From Candidatus Bathyarchaeota archaeon (GTDB lineage: Archaea > Thermoproteota > Bathyarchaeia > Bathyarchaeales > Bathycorpusculaceae), in NCBI GenBank assembly GCA_003141855.1, contig PLNS01000013.1, forward strand, positions 21,370 to 85,369: a stretch of DNA of 64,000 bases, given 5' to 3'. The position numbers were made by a program, and so were the translations under genes. Below, piece by piece: positions 9,091-18,667 of this stretch. The notes beneath the pieces are model-generated. The model saw only the letters and a program-made list of their open reading frames with translations. It was not told the origin of the DNA and searched no databases. Position 1 is the first letter of the stretch; each line of letters begins with the position of its first letter.

Positions 9091-9981
9091 ATGAACTATA
9101 AAATCTTAACAGCAGTAATAACTTTATGCGCAATAACTCTACTTTCAACCTATCCCTTTTTGGTAAGAGGAGACGCAACTAACCAATTTACAGCTATTTC
9201 AACGCCGATGGCGTTTACGCCGGCAACACAATTCCCGATACCAACCGCAAACGGCGCTGTGAGCTTTGCACAGACAGGGTACTATGAAAACGCCGCTCTA
9301 GTTAATGATGCCTGGGTTTTCACTCATCTGCAACTTGACCCGCAACAAGCCGGTCTACTCTCAGACAGCTCAACAACTGCAAACCTAAACATAACAACCC
9401 AAGACAGCAACATCACCCTAACCAGCTTCGAACGCCTCCTAACTCCCGATTCATACGACCAACGGAATACTGGTTCATGGTTAACTGCAGGATGGCTAAA
9501 CTATACCGTATCCGGAGTTGGAAGACAGATAATCAAGATACAGTTCAATCTGGCAAATTGGACAGTGCCTTCTCAAGATGACATCAACGGAACATACACT
9601 TGGCCCATGGGTGTTCAAGTTTACATTGATGGCAAAGAAGCACAGTATAACAATAGCTGGACAACAATCGATAACGATAACGGAATAATTCCATATGGCA
9701 CAGGACTCATAGTTAATGGAGCCACTTCAAACGTTAGCATAAAATATGCGTGGGCGCCAGTGCCAGCACCTGCAAATCAGTCACCAACAGATTCCAGTTT
9801 ACCGACCACTAAAGCTTCAATCGCACCCGTCTGGTTACATTACTTAATGCTTGTTGCTGTGGCAAGTGCTGTCATAGTTTCAGTTGCCTTATTCACAAAC
9901 AGACACCGCTTGGAATCCATCATAAACAAAAGAATAAAGCGGCGATTTGAGAATAGAGGTGAAAAACGATTAAGAAAATAA
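9091..9981 (+). CDS. Secreted/surface protein with C-terminal TM anchor
   Basis: Signal peptide, beta-rich body, TM plus basic tail. Confidence 0.75.
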   Translation: MNYKILTAVITLCAITLLSTYPFLVRGDATNQFTAISTPMAFTPATQFPIPTANGAVSFAQTGYYENAALVNDAWVFTHLQLDPQQAGLLSDSSTTANLNITTQDSNITLTSFERLLTPDSYDQRNTGSWLTAGWLNYTVSGVGRQIIKIQFNLANWTVPSQDDINGTYTWPMGVQVYIDGKEAQYNNSWTTIDNDNGIIPYGTGLIVNGATSNVSIKYAWAPVPAPANQSPTDSSLPTTKASIAPVWLHYLMLVAVASAVIVSVALFTNRHRLESIINKRIKRRFENRGEKRLRK

Positions 9982-10295
9982 TAGCAATAAGTTTACTTAC
10001 AATTTTATTTATCACCGCGCTCACTGCAACAGTCCTCGCACAATCAACACAATCCAATACGCTCTCAGCACTTGGCTCAATCCAGTCCTCAAACGCTAAT
10101 GCGACATTAGCCAGTTCTCAGCCTGCTCTTGCAATATTGAAAATTCCAAGCATAACCGCAACCGAAACCGGTCCTGAGCCTACCTTGCCGCCCTTTGACC
10201 CAGCTAAAGCAACTCCTGTTAACATGACTCATGTCAAAGCTGAAATGGCTGGAAACCCAATCAGCGACCCAAACCACATGGTTCCAGTGCGTTAA
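9969..10295 (+). CDS. Secreted 108-aa protein with probable ATT start (not in ORF track)
   Basis: GAGGTGA RBS then ATT-AAG-AAA gives (M)KKIIAISLLTILFITALTATVLA-QSTQ..., a signal peptide; open to TAA 10295. Confidence 0.55.
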   Translation: MKKIIAISLLTILFITALTATVLAQSTQSNTLSALGSIQSSNANATLASSQPALAILKIPSITATETGPEPTLPPFDPAKATPVNMTHVKAEMAGNPISDPNHMVPVR

Positions 10296-10712
10296 ATGAA
10301 TTGCACAGGAACCGCATTTTTGTTTTCGGTAACGCCGTTAATTTGGCAAAAACTTTTATGATAAGCAGATTGATACAAAAGCGGTTAAGGGTTTGCGTGC
10401 ATAGCCAAAAACCCCTTTCTCGAAAAACCGTTTAGCCCTTAATCATGGCACGTCCAGCCCAAGGCGTGCCATCACCCTTCTATCCTAACCCCATTTTCTT
10501 CTAAATGAAAGGAGCAGGCGTGCCTCTGAATGGAAAAGGGGCATGCCAAAGTTCCGTGCCTCTTTTGCTCCCTAACCCGTCTGGCGGATAGACAGTGGTG
10601 ATGCGGAAAAAGGGCAAGACACAGAACTGGAAGTGTTCAGTGGTCGAGAAGCCAAACAGGTCATTAATCCTTTTTGTTAAGTAGGCTCTCTGGTCCCTTG
10701 GGGTTTAAGTCC

Positions 10713-10768
10713 ATAGAGACCTGACTTGCTTTGGGTTTGAATAATGTTAAAACAAGCGCTTTAAAATT
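10713..10768 (+). repeat. Dispersed ~55-bp element (inverted relative to copies at 25.6 kb and 34.9 kb)
   Basis: ATAGAGACCTGACTTGCTTTGGGTTTGAATAATGTTAAAACAAGCGCTTTAAAA matches the reverse complement of 25605-25659 and 34895-34948. Confidence 0.8.
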
Positions 10769-10951
10769 TCTCTTTTTCAAAGAGGACTTCAAGAGCTTTG
10801 GATAAGAGAATATAATTGAAAGTGTCCTTTAGTTGGCGCGGCGATGTCTTATCAAAAAAAACCTACAAAAAAACTACACTAAAAATTACTCTGAAATTCC
10901 TAAGCTTTAAAAGCCGATTATCTTAGATATCGATAAACTGGTTGAACGATA

Positions 10952-11902
10952 ATGAACAGGGCAATAATATTAACTGCTGTATTGGTATGCATCATTCTAA
11001 CCGCCAGTTTTGTAGGAATAATTGCGAATAATAGCTTAGCTGACGAAAACAAAAGCCTCAAAGAACAATTGGCTACCGTCAAAAATCAGCAGTTAACGTT
11101 AGTCTTCCATGTCTGCGAAAAAGGCGAAGAATATACATATGCCCAGCTCCCAAATGCCAGCTATACTTACAACCAAATACTCGCACTAAACAACAACACT
11201 TACCAAATAATATTACTTCCAGAATACAAAGGAAACCTCAACTGGACAGAAGAACTCGCCTGGATAAAAGCAAACTTTGGAGGACCACAAGGCATCCCAA
11301 TAATGCTAGACGTCTTTGGTGGAGGAAGCCAGAGTACACCCACACCAATGCTAACAACAGACCAAATCTCACAAGCCATGAACGTAGCAAACGTCAAGTG
11401 CATTCGCATCGCAGAGGTAATAAGCTGGCACATAGAAAACAATCTATCCTTCCCAACAAGTTATGTTCGAGAAATTCTTGAATTCTGTAAAACAAATAAT
11501 CTTGGCGTATTCTGGACAGAATGGAAGAACGACTACCCTACCAAAAACATCGAAACATTCACAGCAATTAAAAATTACATCGCCAGCTATGAGAACATTG
11601 TAACCGTTTCATTTTCTACCAATTCACAAGAACTTGAACCAGCGGATGCATTTCTAAAACTCGACCAAATGTTTACGCAATGGGGCACTTCAATCCAACC
11701 CTGGTACTGGAATACCACACGAAACCAAAACCTAATGGATATGCCTGCCTCGCTAATACTAGAACATACGTTGGCAGCTGAAGGATTAGGCGCAAAAATA
11801 ATACAGTTTGAACCTTACTGGTATCTCTTTGATAGTAACGGAGCACCAAACGAAAACTTGGAACTCATCTTAACGAATTTAGTCAACGAAAACCATCATT
11901 AA
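10952..11902 (+). CDS. N-terminally anchored extracellular protein, possible glycoside-hydrolase-like barrel
   Basis: Signal-anchor, short coiled coil, alternating strand/helix motifs (RIAEVISW, FWTEW, QFEPYWY). Fold is inference. Confidence 0.55.
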   Translation: MNRAIILTAVLVCIILTASFVGIIANNSLADENKSLKEQLATVKNQQLTLVFHVCEKGEEYTYAQLPNASYTYNQILALNNNTYQIILLPEYKGNLNWTEELAWIKANFGGPQGIPIMLDVFGGGSQSTPTPMLTTDQISQAMNVANVKCIRIAEVISWHIENNLSFPTSYVREILEFCKTNNLGVFWTEWKNDYPTKNIETFTAIKNYIASYENIVTVSFSTNSQELEPADAFLKLDQMFTQWGTSIQPWYWNTTRNQNLMDMPASLILEHTLAAEGLGAKIIQFEPYWYLFDSNGAPNENLELILTNLVNENHH

Positions 11903-11903
11903 T

Positions 11904-12990
11904 AGACCTTAGTTTCAATTAGCGTTTTATGGCTGAAACGAAGGTTTTATTAGCGAACAGGCGCAATACTTGTCTTTTGGGCTGTTTTAATGCTAAATTA
12001 CAGCATATTATCGAAAAAACCTGCACATTTCAGGAATTTCTCAGGCGTTGAATTAGCTGAATTTAACACCTTAAACCTAAAGATAAAAGAGAAATATGAT
12101 TCCTACGAGGAAAAAAGACTTGCCAGAGTAGACAGAAAAAGAGCAGTCGGCGCAGGTCACCCCTTCAAACTTTCTTTGACAGACCGCTTGCTAATGCTGC
12201 TAGTGTACTACCACATGTACCCGTCATCAACACTGCTAGGGTACCTTTTTAACCTCAGCCAAACCAGCGTGCTCAAAGCCATCAGAAAACTAGAGCCCAT
12301 GGTCAGCGAGATCTTGCCCTTGCCTAAAAAACAACAAGACAAGGTCAGACGGCTGCAAACAGTCGACGAGGTTGAAGCGATGTTTCCAGGCTTCAAAGCT
12401 TTTCTGGATGCAACAGAGCAGGAGATCCCAAGACCCCATGGCAAGCGTAAGCGGAAGACGCATTACAGCGGCAAAAAGAAGAAACACACTGTCAAGACCC
12501 AGTTGACCGTGAACGAAGATGGCTTGATTGTTCACAAGACGGGGCATGTTAAGGGTAGCATGCATGACTACACCTTGTACAAGCGGAGTCATCCTCATTT
12601 GCCGATAACGTCCGTGTAGGTTTAGATTTGGGCTATCTTGGGATAAGAGTTGATTTTCCCAAGCTTTACTGTGCGTTGCCTTTTAAGAGGAAAAATCCCG
12701 GACGGGGCAAACGTGGCGTGAAGGCGCAGGAGCTTTCAGCAGAGCAGAAATCCTTCAATAAGGCGCTGTCAAAGGAGCGGGTGGTGGTAGAACACACTAA
12801 TTCTAGGGTGAAAAAGTTTCACATATTTGGAGACGAGTTCAGGAATCGCCTCAAACGTTATGACACCATGACTGACATAGTGTGCGGCCTGGTAAACTTT
12901 CGCATAGCAGGAACATTAGCTATCTGAAAAAAACCCAAAATAGCAATGAAAACCGCACAAACTATCTAAAAATAATAGGGACTAAGGTCT
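11904..12990 (+). mobile_element. IS5-family-like insertion sequence (ISL2-type HTH_Tnp_4/DDE_Tnp_4 architecture), 1087 bp
   Basis: IRL AGACCTTAGTTTCAATTA versus IRR reverse complement AGACCTTAGTCCCTATTA (15/18). Flanked by AAT..AAT (11901-3, 12991-3), or TA..TA if the IRs begin one base inward. Confidence 0.85.
11990..12927 (+). pseudogene. DDE transposase, frameshifted near 12608
   Basis: FLDATEQEIPRP, YSGKKKKHT, then DNVRVGLDLGYLG restored by adding one base; RVVVEHTNSRVK in the second ORF. Confidence 0.85.
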
Positions 12991-13302
12991 AATTTTATTT
13001 TTAAAAAAAAAGAAAAATAAAGAAAGCCCCCTTTTTTCGATCTAGTAATGGCCTACTAGCCCCATAAAAGTGAGCATAAACTAAGGAACTCCACTCAACC
13101 GTTCTTTTGCCCTCAAAAGAGCCGCTCTAAGGTTTGCCAGTGATCGATTCTATGACTTTGAAGGGTAAAAGCGAAGCTACATGCTCTCGAACATGCTTAC
13201 AACCAGTACAATTATCGTATGTCATTAATCCAGAAAAATGCTTATTTTACTGAAAAAGGCTGTTGTTAAGCTTTGTTAAACGTTAACAACAATTGTTAAA
13301 TA

Positions 13303-13848
13303 TTAACAAGCGGCTTTTGTATACTTGTTCTCTTTTTCCTCAAATGTAACGTTACCTGTGTTTAGAAGGACAGTCAGAACCTTTTGTTGAGATGGCGTTA
13401 GCTCGTTAATATCTTGGTTTTTCACAGGTAATTTTGCAAGCAACGTGTCTAAAGTTTGTCGGTCAATGGCGTAGGTCTTTCCTGAACTCCTTTTAACTTC
13501 AGCGAAATCTTTTACTTGATTAGCCAGCATTTCAGAGCGTTTCTGATCGCTCAAAAACCAAACAATCCGTCCTGCTTTCGCAATATCTCTAGTCTCATCG
13601 ATAACTCCTTCAGTTGCTAACCTTTCCTTAAATTTCGACATCCTCTCAAGCTGACGTTCCTGTAAACGCTTGTATCCACGACTTGGCAGAAAAAACCTAG
13701 TCAGCGCCATAGCTACGAGAAACCCTAAAAACAACGTAAGTAGGGCAATGTTAAACCCTTTACTTAGCCCAACTAGCAAGGTGGCGATTAATGTCGCCAC
13801 AATATCCATAATAATTAAATTTCTAAGACCCAAACTTTTTGTTTTCAA
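13303..13848 (-). CDS. Hypothetical membrane protein (2 TM plus cytoplasmic domain)
   Basis: ORF track; N-terminal hydrophobic pair. Confidence 0.7.
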   Translation of the reverse strand: MKTKSLGLRNLIIMDIVATLIATLLVGLSKGFNIALLTLFLGFLVAMALTRFFLPSRGYKRLQERQLERMSKFKERLATEGVIDETRDIAKAGRIVWFLSDQKRSEMLANQVKDFAEVKRSSGKTYAIDRQTLDTLLAKLPVKNQDINELTPSQQKVLTVLLNTGNVTFEEKENKYTKAAC

Positions 13849-13898
13849 GACAGTTGCAATCTCCTAGCTGGTGTTATTTCCCGTTAAATTTTTCAGAG

Positions 13899-14831
13899 TC
13901 ATATCGACGAAAGCTTGTTAGAATCAACTTTTGCAAACAAGCACGAAATTGTTTCTCTAAATTTCCTCCTAGCGTACCATAATGCGCTAAATATGCCACC
14001 AAATACTGCGACAAAGGGAGTTACTCCAAGAACGATTGTGATTTCTCGTCCAGAAACAATTCTGTGTGCTATCACTTGTTGCATTCCAAAGGTATGCGTA
14101 CTAGTCAATACAAAAAGCCATAAAACTAGAAGAGGCAGAGCAACCATGAATCCGGCATAAATCGATAGAAAGACCCGTCTATACTTCTTCATCACATTAA
14201 GTATCAACTGAAGTTCTTGTCTAGTTGAGGAATCAACGCTCTCTTTTTTCGAAAGCTCTTTGATGTATAACTTTGAATAGCCAACATGCAAATAAAGCGA
14301 GGAAAAATCCTGCGAAACCAAGTCTCTTAGAAAATGATGGAAGCGAACGCTAATGGCGGGATTTTGCTCCTTCCAATAGTGAATGCCGTAAACAAAAACA
14401 AATAATCTCACATCGTTTTCCTTCTCAAACTTAGAAAAAAACCAACCGCTTGAACCTAAAACAGCTACAAAGAATGGGAAAAATGCGTAAAGCCCAAATG
14501 GTAGATACTCGGAGGCTCCAAAAATCTGTGTGACTACTAGCCAAGGTATAGCAATTAAAGCAGTTCCAATGGGCAATATCATCCAAACTAACGCTTCAAT
14601 ACTTTCCTTTAGCTTTGGAATAACTGTTCTTGCTTCAAAGGCTCCCAAAAATATTCCCGCTGCTACTCCAAACAACAAATAAAGTAGGCGTATTAATGAA
14701 AAATATCCTTGATTTAAGGATGCAAAGAAAATTAGCAGCCCTACGAGAAAGGCTGTGACGAAAGATGCGGCGATTCGGAACGAGCCTATCGGATATCCTA
14801 ATCGAATATTTTGGGGAAGCATTGCAGTCAA
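13899..14831 (-). CDS. Hypothetical multi-pass membrane protein
   Basis: About 6 TM with a central soluble segment. Confidence 0.75.
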   Translation of the reverse strand: MTAMLPQNIRLGYPIGSFRIAASFVTAFLVGLLIFFASLNQGYFSLIRLLYLLFGVAAGIFLGAFEARTVIPKLKESIEALVWMILPIGTALIAIPWLVVTQIFGASEYLPFGLYAFFPFFVAVLGSSGWFFSKFEKENDVRLFVFVYGIHYWKEQNPAISVRFHHFLRDLVSQDFSSLYLHVGYSKLYIKELSKKESVDSSTRQELQLILNVMKKYRRVFLSIYAGFMVALPLLVLWLFVLTSTHTFGMQQVIAHRIVSGREITIVLGVTPFVAVFGGIFSALWYARRKFRETISCLFAKVDSNKLSSI

Positions 14832-14865
14832 CTTTTTTTAGCTTCACAATTGATAAGAAGCTTGC

Positions 14866-15780
14866 TTAAGGTTTGGTGTGCTCGATAAGCGTCATGTCCA
14901 TGCTCATGTTCATTGCGTAGTTCATAGTTGCTGATTGAGTGGAAACACTTTCTTGCATGCTTGCCTTGATTTGCCTCATTGTGCCATATTCAATGTAAAT
15001 TTGATAGTTCATATCCATGCTTATGGTAATGTTTGCTGGTGTAAAGTTGCTCAGCCCGCTTAATGGCGATTGATAGTTCATTCTTAAGTCGTTGCTTGTA
15101 ATGTCTATTCTGAATACTTTGTATGTTCCTGCTGGAACTGTAAGGTCTTCGATACCTTTGAATGTCATCTTTAAACTGCCAGTTATTCCAAGGCTTGAGT
15201 TTCCAGTTGGGAATGGCACATTTACAGAGTCTCCGACTTTAACTTCTGGCTGGTTTAGCAACTGAGCAAGATAAGAGGTACTTGTTAAGCCATTGTTGGG
15301 TACTTCTTGCTGAGTGCTTCCAATGTTGAACAGGTAAGCTGAATATCCAGTCTTATTCATTTTCTCAATCATTGAGAAACTAATCGGTTTGTTGTTTAGA
15401 TTCATTGTCATTGTATGGTTCAAAGTGTAGTATTCACCGTCAAAACCTGTAACTTCTATGGTTTGCTGGGAATTAATGGTTGTATTTTTAGGAATAAGCA
15501 TGCTAGTTCCGGGTGGCACAGCCGAATCATAACTGCCGGTTATGGTTGAGTCATAAACCATTTTCTCACCAACAGTATAATCAACGTTAAGAGGTATTAC
15601 CGCTTGGCCAAGAGGAACAAAAAGTGCAACTGCAATCAAAGCAACCGCAATGACAGCTGCTAAAGCCAAGAACTTTTTACCAAACCACCTGCGCTTGACA
15701 GGCGATGATGAAATCGGTTGTTCATTTGTACTAGGCAATTCTGGAGAAACTGCTAATAGTTTAGCTCGAATGTTATTCAT
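14866..15780 (-). CDS. Membrane-anchored extracellular protein, distant paralog of 20423 and 32619
   Basis: Shared Y.VGE.MVYD.T and LTVPAGT[YF]K...I...S motifs. Confidence 0.8.
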   Translation of the reverse strand: MNNIRAKLLAVSPELPSTNEQPISSSPVKRRWFGKKFLALAAVIAVALIAVALFVPLGQAVIPLNVDYTVGEKMVYDSTITGSYDSAVPPGTSMLIPKNTTINSQQTIEVTGFDGEYYTLNHTMTMNLNNKPISFSMIEKMNKTGYSAYLFNIGSTQQEVPNNGLTSTSYLAQLLNQPEVKVGDSVNVPFPTGNSSLGITGSLKMTFKGIEDLTVPAGTYKVFRIDITSNDLRMNYQSPLSGLSNFTPANITISMDMNYQIYIEYGTMRQIKASMQESVSTQSATMNYAMNMSMDMTLIEHTKP

Positions 15781-15819
15781 ACTTCTTACCTGTCAGTCAT
15801 TTAGTAGTTTACTGCTTAT

Positions 15820-15858
15820 AGCTCTAATGACAGAACACTTTGTTCTACCAGTAGAACA
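15820..15858 (-). promoter_or_regulatory. Tandem operator TGTTCT-N6-AGAACA-N3-TGTTCT-N6-AGAGCT abutting TATA
   Basis: Same 39-bp architecture at 16223 and 17987. Confidence 0.7.
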
Positions 15859-15860
15859 GC

Positions 15861-16175
15861 CTAAGGTCCTTCTGTCTCCACTTTCAATTTTAGAAATTTT
15901 AGTAACAGCAACAAAATACCCAAAAGAACGGCAGCAAACCAAACGCCCACCAACCCCAAGTACACAACATTACCTGTACGAAAGAATAACCCGAGGAGGA
16001 ATACACCAAATACACCTTCCACTCCTGCCCCGACAGGGCCGATAGCGTAAAAGAAACGCTTGTTTTTTGCTCGAAGTTTTGAGGAACAGACTGAACAGGT
16101 AATCGGATTCAAGTTATTGAATAACAAGACTTTCCGAACTTCAATTTTGCTACCGCACTTTGTGCAAACGACCAA
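15861..16175 (-). CDS. Zinc-ribbon (CxxC-x19-CxxC) membrane protein, cxxc_20_cxxc-like
   Basis: CTKC...CSVC followed by 2 TM. Confidence 0.7.
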   Translation of the reverse strand: MVVCTKCGSKIEVRKVLLFNNLNPITCSVCSSKLRAKNKRFFYAIGPVGAGVEGVFGVFLLGLFFRTGNVVYLGLVGVWFAAVLLGILLLLLKFLKLKVETEGP

Positions 16176-16222
16176 TCTTTTCTACCCCAGATTTCAGTTT
16201 ATTCAAGCATTTAGCTCTTATT

Positions 16223-16261
16223 AGCTCTGTTTGTAGAACAATTTGTTCTAGTGTTAGAACA
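16223..16261 (-). promoter_or_regulatory. Tandem operator, same architecture
   Basis: Minus strand TGTTCT-aacact-AGAACA-aat-TGTTCT-acaaac-AGAGCT-AATAAG. Confidence 0.7.
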
Positions 16262-16264
16262 GTC

Positions 16265-16744
16265 TTAGGCTTGCGATTTTTCCACGGTTGACTTTTTCTT
16301 GGTACTGTCATTTTGTGTTTTATTGCGCAACCATACGCCTTCGCCTAGGAATAACACCGTGGCAATTGCAGTGGGTCCCAGCAAGTAGAAGAGATACAAC
16401 TCCGGAGTTTGGCCGCTTTGAAAAAAGGGAATGGCGATTGCTATAGCTTCCACGATTAAGATGCCAATGAAGAAGAATGCATAGAAGATTAAGCGTGGCA
16501 CCAAAGTTTTTCCTACCCACAAATGACCGCTGATATTTACTTTTTCCTTAACTGTGTATTCGCCGTACTCGTCCTTTGCGATTAAACCTAGCGACTCCAG
16601 TTTTTGCAGGTGCCAATAAGCAACGCTGGGGCTGCTCAAGTTGGCAAGTCGCATGGTTTCGCGTGGACCCAAAGGTTTACCCTCCTTAACCATGCACGAA
16701 TATACGTTTAGAGTTGTACCTTCGAGTTCTTCTGCGTTTGTCAA
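16265..16744 (-). CDS. Membrane-tethered winged-helix regulator (family 1)
   Basis: GTTLNVY...GPRETMRLANLSSPSVAYWHLQKL plus 2 TM; TTG start immediately after the upstream stop. Confidence 0.8.
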   Translation of the reverse strand: MTNAEELEGTTLNVYSCMVKEGKPLGPRETMRLANLSSPSVAYWHLQKLESLGLIAKDEYGEYTVKEKVNISGHLWVGKTLVPRLIFYAFFFIGILIVEAIAIAIPFFQSGQTPELYLFYLLGPTAIATVLFLGEGVWLRNKTQNDSTKKKSTVEKSQA

Positions 16745-16745
16745 T

Positions 16746-17948
16746 TTATGGCTCCTCTTTAATGAATGCTTCAATACCGTTTGAGGAAAGCTGGAATGCT
16801 TGGTTGCCTGAGAGAACGGCATTGTATAAGTATCCGTTGGGTGTTATTTGGAGTTGCACTGTGTTTAGCCATGTAGCAGTTGCAAGAGTGTTGTAATATA
16901 CGCCGTCGACTGGCATGTTGTTAATGAAGCTGGTTATTGATCCGTAGAGGGTTATGCTTCCGTTTTCAAGAGAGGCGAGGGTGCTGTTTGTACCCTCAGC
17001 GTTGTTGTAAGACTGCATGCCTGAAAAAGCGATGAGTTTGGATTGGTGGGGTTCCCAAACGTAGCTAAACCCAGTTCCGCCAGACCATTTGAGAGCTGCA
17101 CCGTTGGAGTTATACATTTGCCAACCAGGAAATGCGGTTACTGGACCGACACTGGAGTTCATGTTCTGATAGATTGGTGTGCCTGAGGCTAACACTTGAT
17201 CTACGAGTGTATTGCTTGCTAGAGCCATCGGTTGTGGGGTACCCGGTTGTACTCTGCCAGTTACATCTACCCATGCGCCGTTAATGTAAATTTGTGTATC
17301 GGACATTTTTGCGGGATCATAGGATTCGCCTATTGGGACGCCCTCTATCCAGGTGCCTTCATCGGTGGCGTTTTCAGGCAAATCAGGAATAGAAGACACT
17401 GTTCTATGCTGAGGAGTCATTATTTGAAAAACGTTATAGGGATAATTCTTGCCTGGAACCCAGGTTGTATTGACCCATTTGCCATCCAGCCAGACGCCTT
17501 CTACGACACCGCCAAAACTAACGCCTGGGTCTTTAGCATAGCCTCGGTTGAAGGATTGACCGCCTAAAGCTGAATTAACTATGTTGATGCTTTGGGCTGC
17601 TGCAAAGCCCATTTCGTGCATTTTAGCACTCAAATCGGAGAGATTGGTCACGTTAGCAATAACTGTGTAAGTGACGTTTGTGAAAGGAATCGATTCGGTA
17701 ACGTTTACCGATGAGTAGTTGCCAGTTGCAGGGTCAGCTACCCATTTTCGCACCGTCTGGTTTTGTTGCCATTCAATAACACTCAGATTAGCATACAATA
17801 TATCGATACTAAAATCCGCTTTCAGTCCTTCACTGGCGTGTGGGTAAGGTTTAACTTCTAACGGCACAATGAGCATTGGCGCCGCAAATGCTGTTCCACT
17901 CAATAGAGCTAAAACAGCAACGACAATGAGTTTGTACTTAAAGTCCAT
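16746..17948 (-). CDS. Secreted hypothetical protein
   Basis: Signal peptide; internal repeat GVWLDGKWVN / IYINGAWVD. Confidence 0.75.
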   Translation of the reverse strand: MDFKYKLIVVAVLALLSGTAFAAPMLIVPLEVKPYPHASEGLKADFSIDILYANLSVIEWQQNQTVRKWVADPATGNYSSVNVTESIPFTNVTYTVIANVTNLSDLSAKMHEMGFAAAQSINIVNSALGGQSFNRGYAKDPGVSFGGVVEGVWLDGKWVNTTWVPGKNYPYNVFQIMTPQHRTVSSIPDLPENATDEGTWIEGVPIGESYDPAKMSDTQIYINGAWVDVTGRVQPGTPQPMALASNTLVDQVLASGTPIYQNMNSSVGPVTAFPGWQMYNSNGAALKWSGGTGFSYVWEPHQSKLIAFSGMQSYNNAEGTNSTLASLENGSITLYGSITSFINNMPVDGVYYNTLATATWLNTVQLQITPNGYLYNAVLSGNQAFQLSSNGIEAFIKEEP

Positions 17949-17986
17949 ACGCAGTCACTGTAAATATTGCTTTCTTGCTGCTTATT

Positions 17987-18025
17987 AGCTCTGGTCATAG
18001 AACGCTTTGTTCTAAGAGTAGAACG
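17987..18025 (-). promoter_or_regulatory. Tandem operator, same architecture
   Basis: Minus strand CGTTCT-actctt-AGAACA-aag-CGTTCT-atgacc-AGAGCT-AATAAG. Confidence 0.7.
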
Positions 18026-18042
18026 CCCAAATTTTTTTTAAC

Positions 18043-18303
18043 TTGACAGATTATGTTACGGCTATGAGACCAAACGGAACATTAAGTAAATGGCTCCTCA
18101 GTGGCATCTTTTGGCTAATCGCTGCCGTTTTGTCGTTAATTTTGCTGATTGCGTATTATGGACGGGAGAGCATTTTTGTTTACAATAATACTTTTGCTCT
18201 TATTCCCACTATCTTCATAATAATGATGTCTGCCTCGTTTATCACATATCTTCTTGAAAGAAAAAATAAAAAAACAGTGACAAACTTATACAGCACTCAA
18301 TAG
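18043..18303 (+). CDS. Small 2-TM membrane protein
   Basis: ORF track, two hydrophobic segments. Confidence 0.5.
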   Translation: MTDYVTAMRPNGTLSKWLLSGIFWLIAAVLSLILLIAYYGRESIFVYNNTFALIPTIFIIMMSASFITYLLERKNKKTVTNLYSTQ

Positions 18304-18364
18304 CGAGTAGTTTTTTAAGTGAACTAAAAAAAGAAATTGCTATTGCAGTGCCCAAGATTCTAAC

Positions 18365-18499
18365 TTAATCCTTTTCTGTTTTACCCCAACTTTCTATAAC
18401 AAAACTTGTTAGCGCCCGATGCCACCCGCGTTTTTCAGCAAGGAGTTTCTTCAATTCTTTTTCTAACCGCTTTTTCATTCTTAGAATACCCTTACGTAT
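18365..18499 (-). pseudogene. Start-less gene fragment of the 'AEKRGWH' family
   Basis: IRKGILRMKKRLEKELKKLLAEKRGWHRALTSFVIESWGKTEKD*; homologous fragments at 23.7, 25.5 and 34.8 kb. Confidence 0.65.
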
Positions 18500-18667
18500 T
18501 TAATTAGAAAGAATATTGGTTTACTCTAGCATTTCGAGACTTTGCTTTTTAGATCAGCTGAGCAAGAATCAGCGATGTCGTAAAACCATCCAAATTCTGT
18601 AAGCTATTCAATGATAAATTTTTCAGTCAGAAAACTTAAAATCCGTATAACAAAGTCAATTGTAACT

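Noticed and set aside
10447-10560. Iteron-like CGTGCC repeats / replication origin
   Set aside because: Four short hexamers with irregular spacing and no rep or cdc6 gene nearby; not enough to call.
12590-12630. Programmed frameshift in the transposase
   Set aside because: No slippery A/T-run heptamer at the junction; a simple 1-bp loss explains it.
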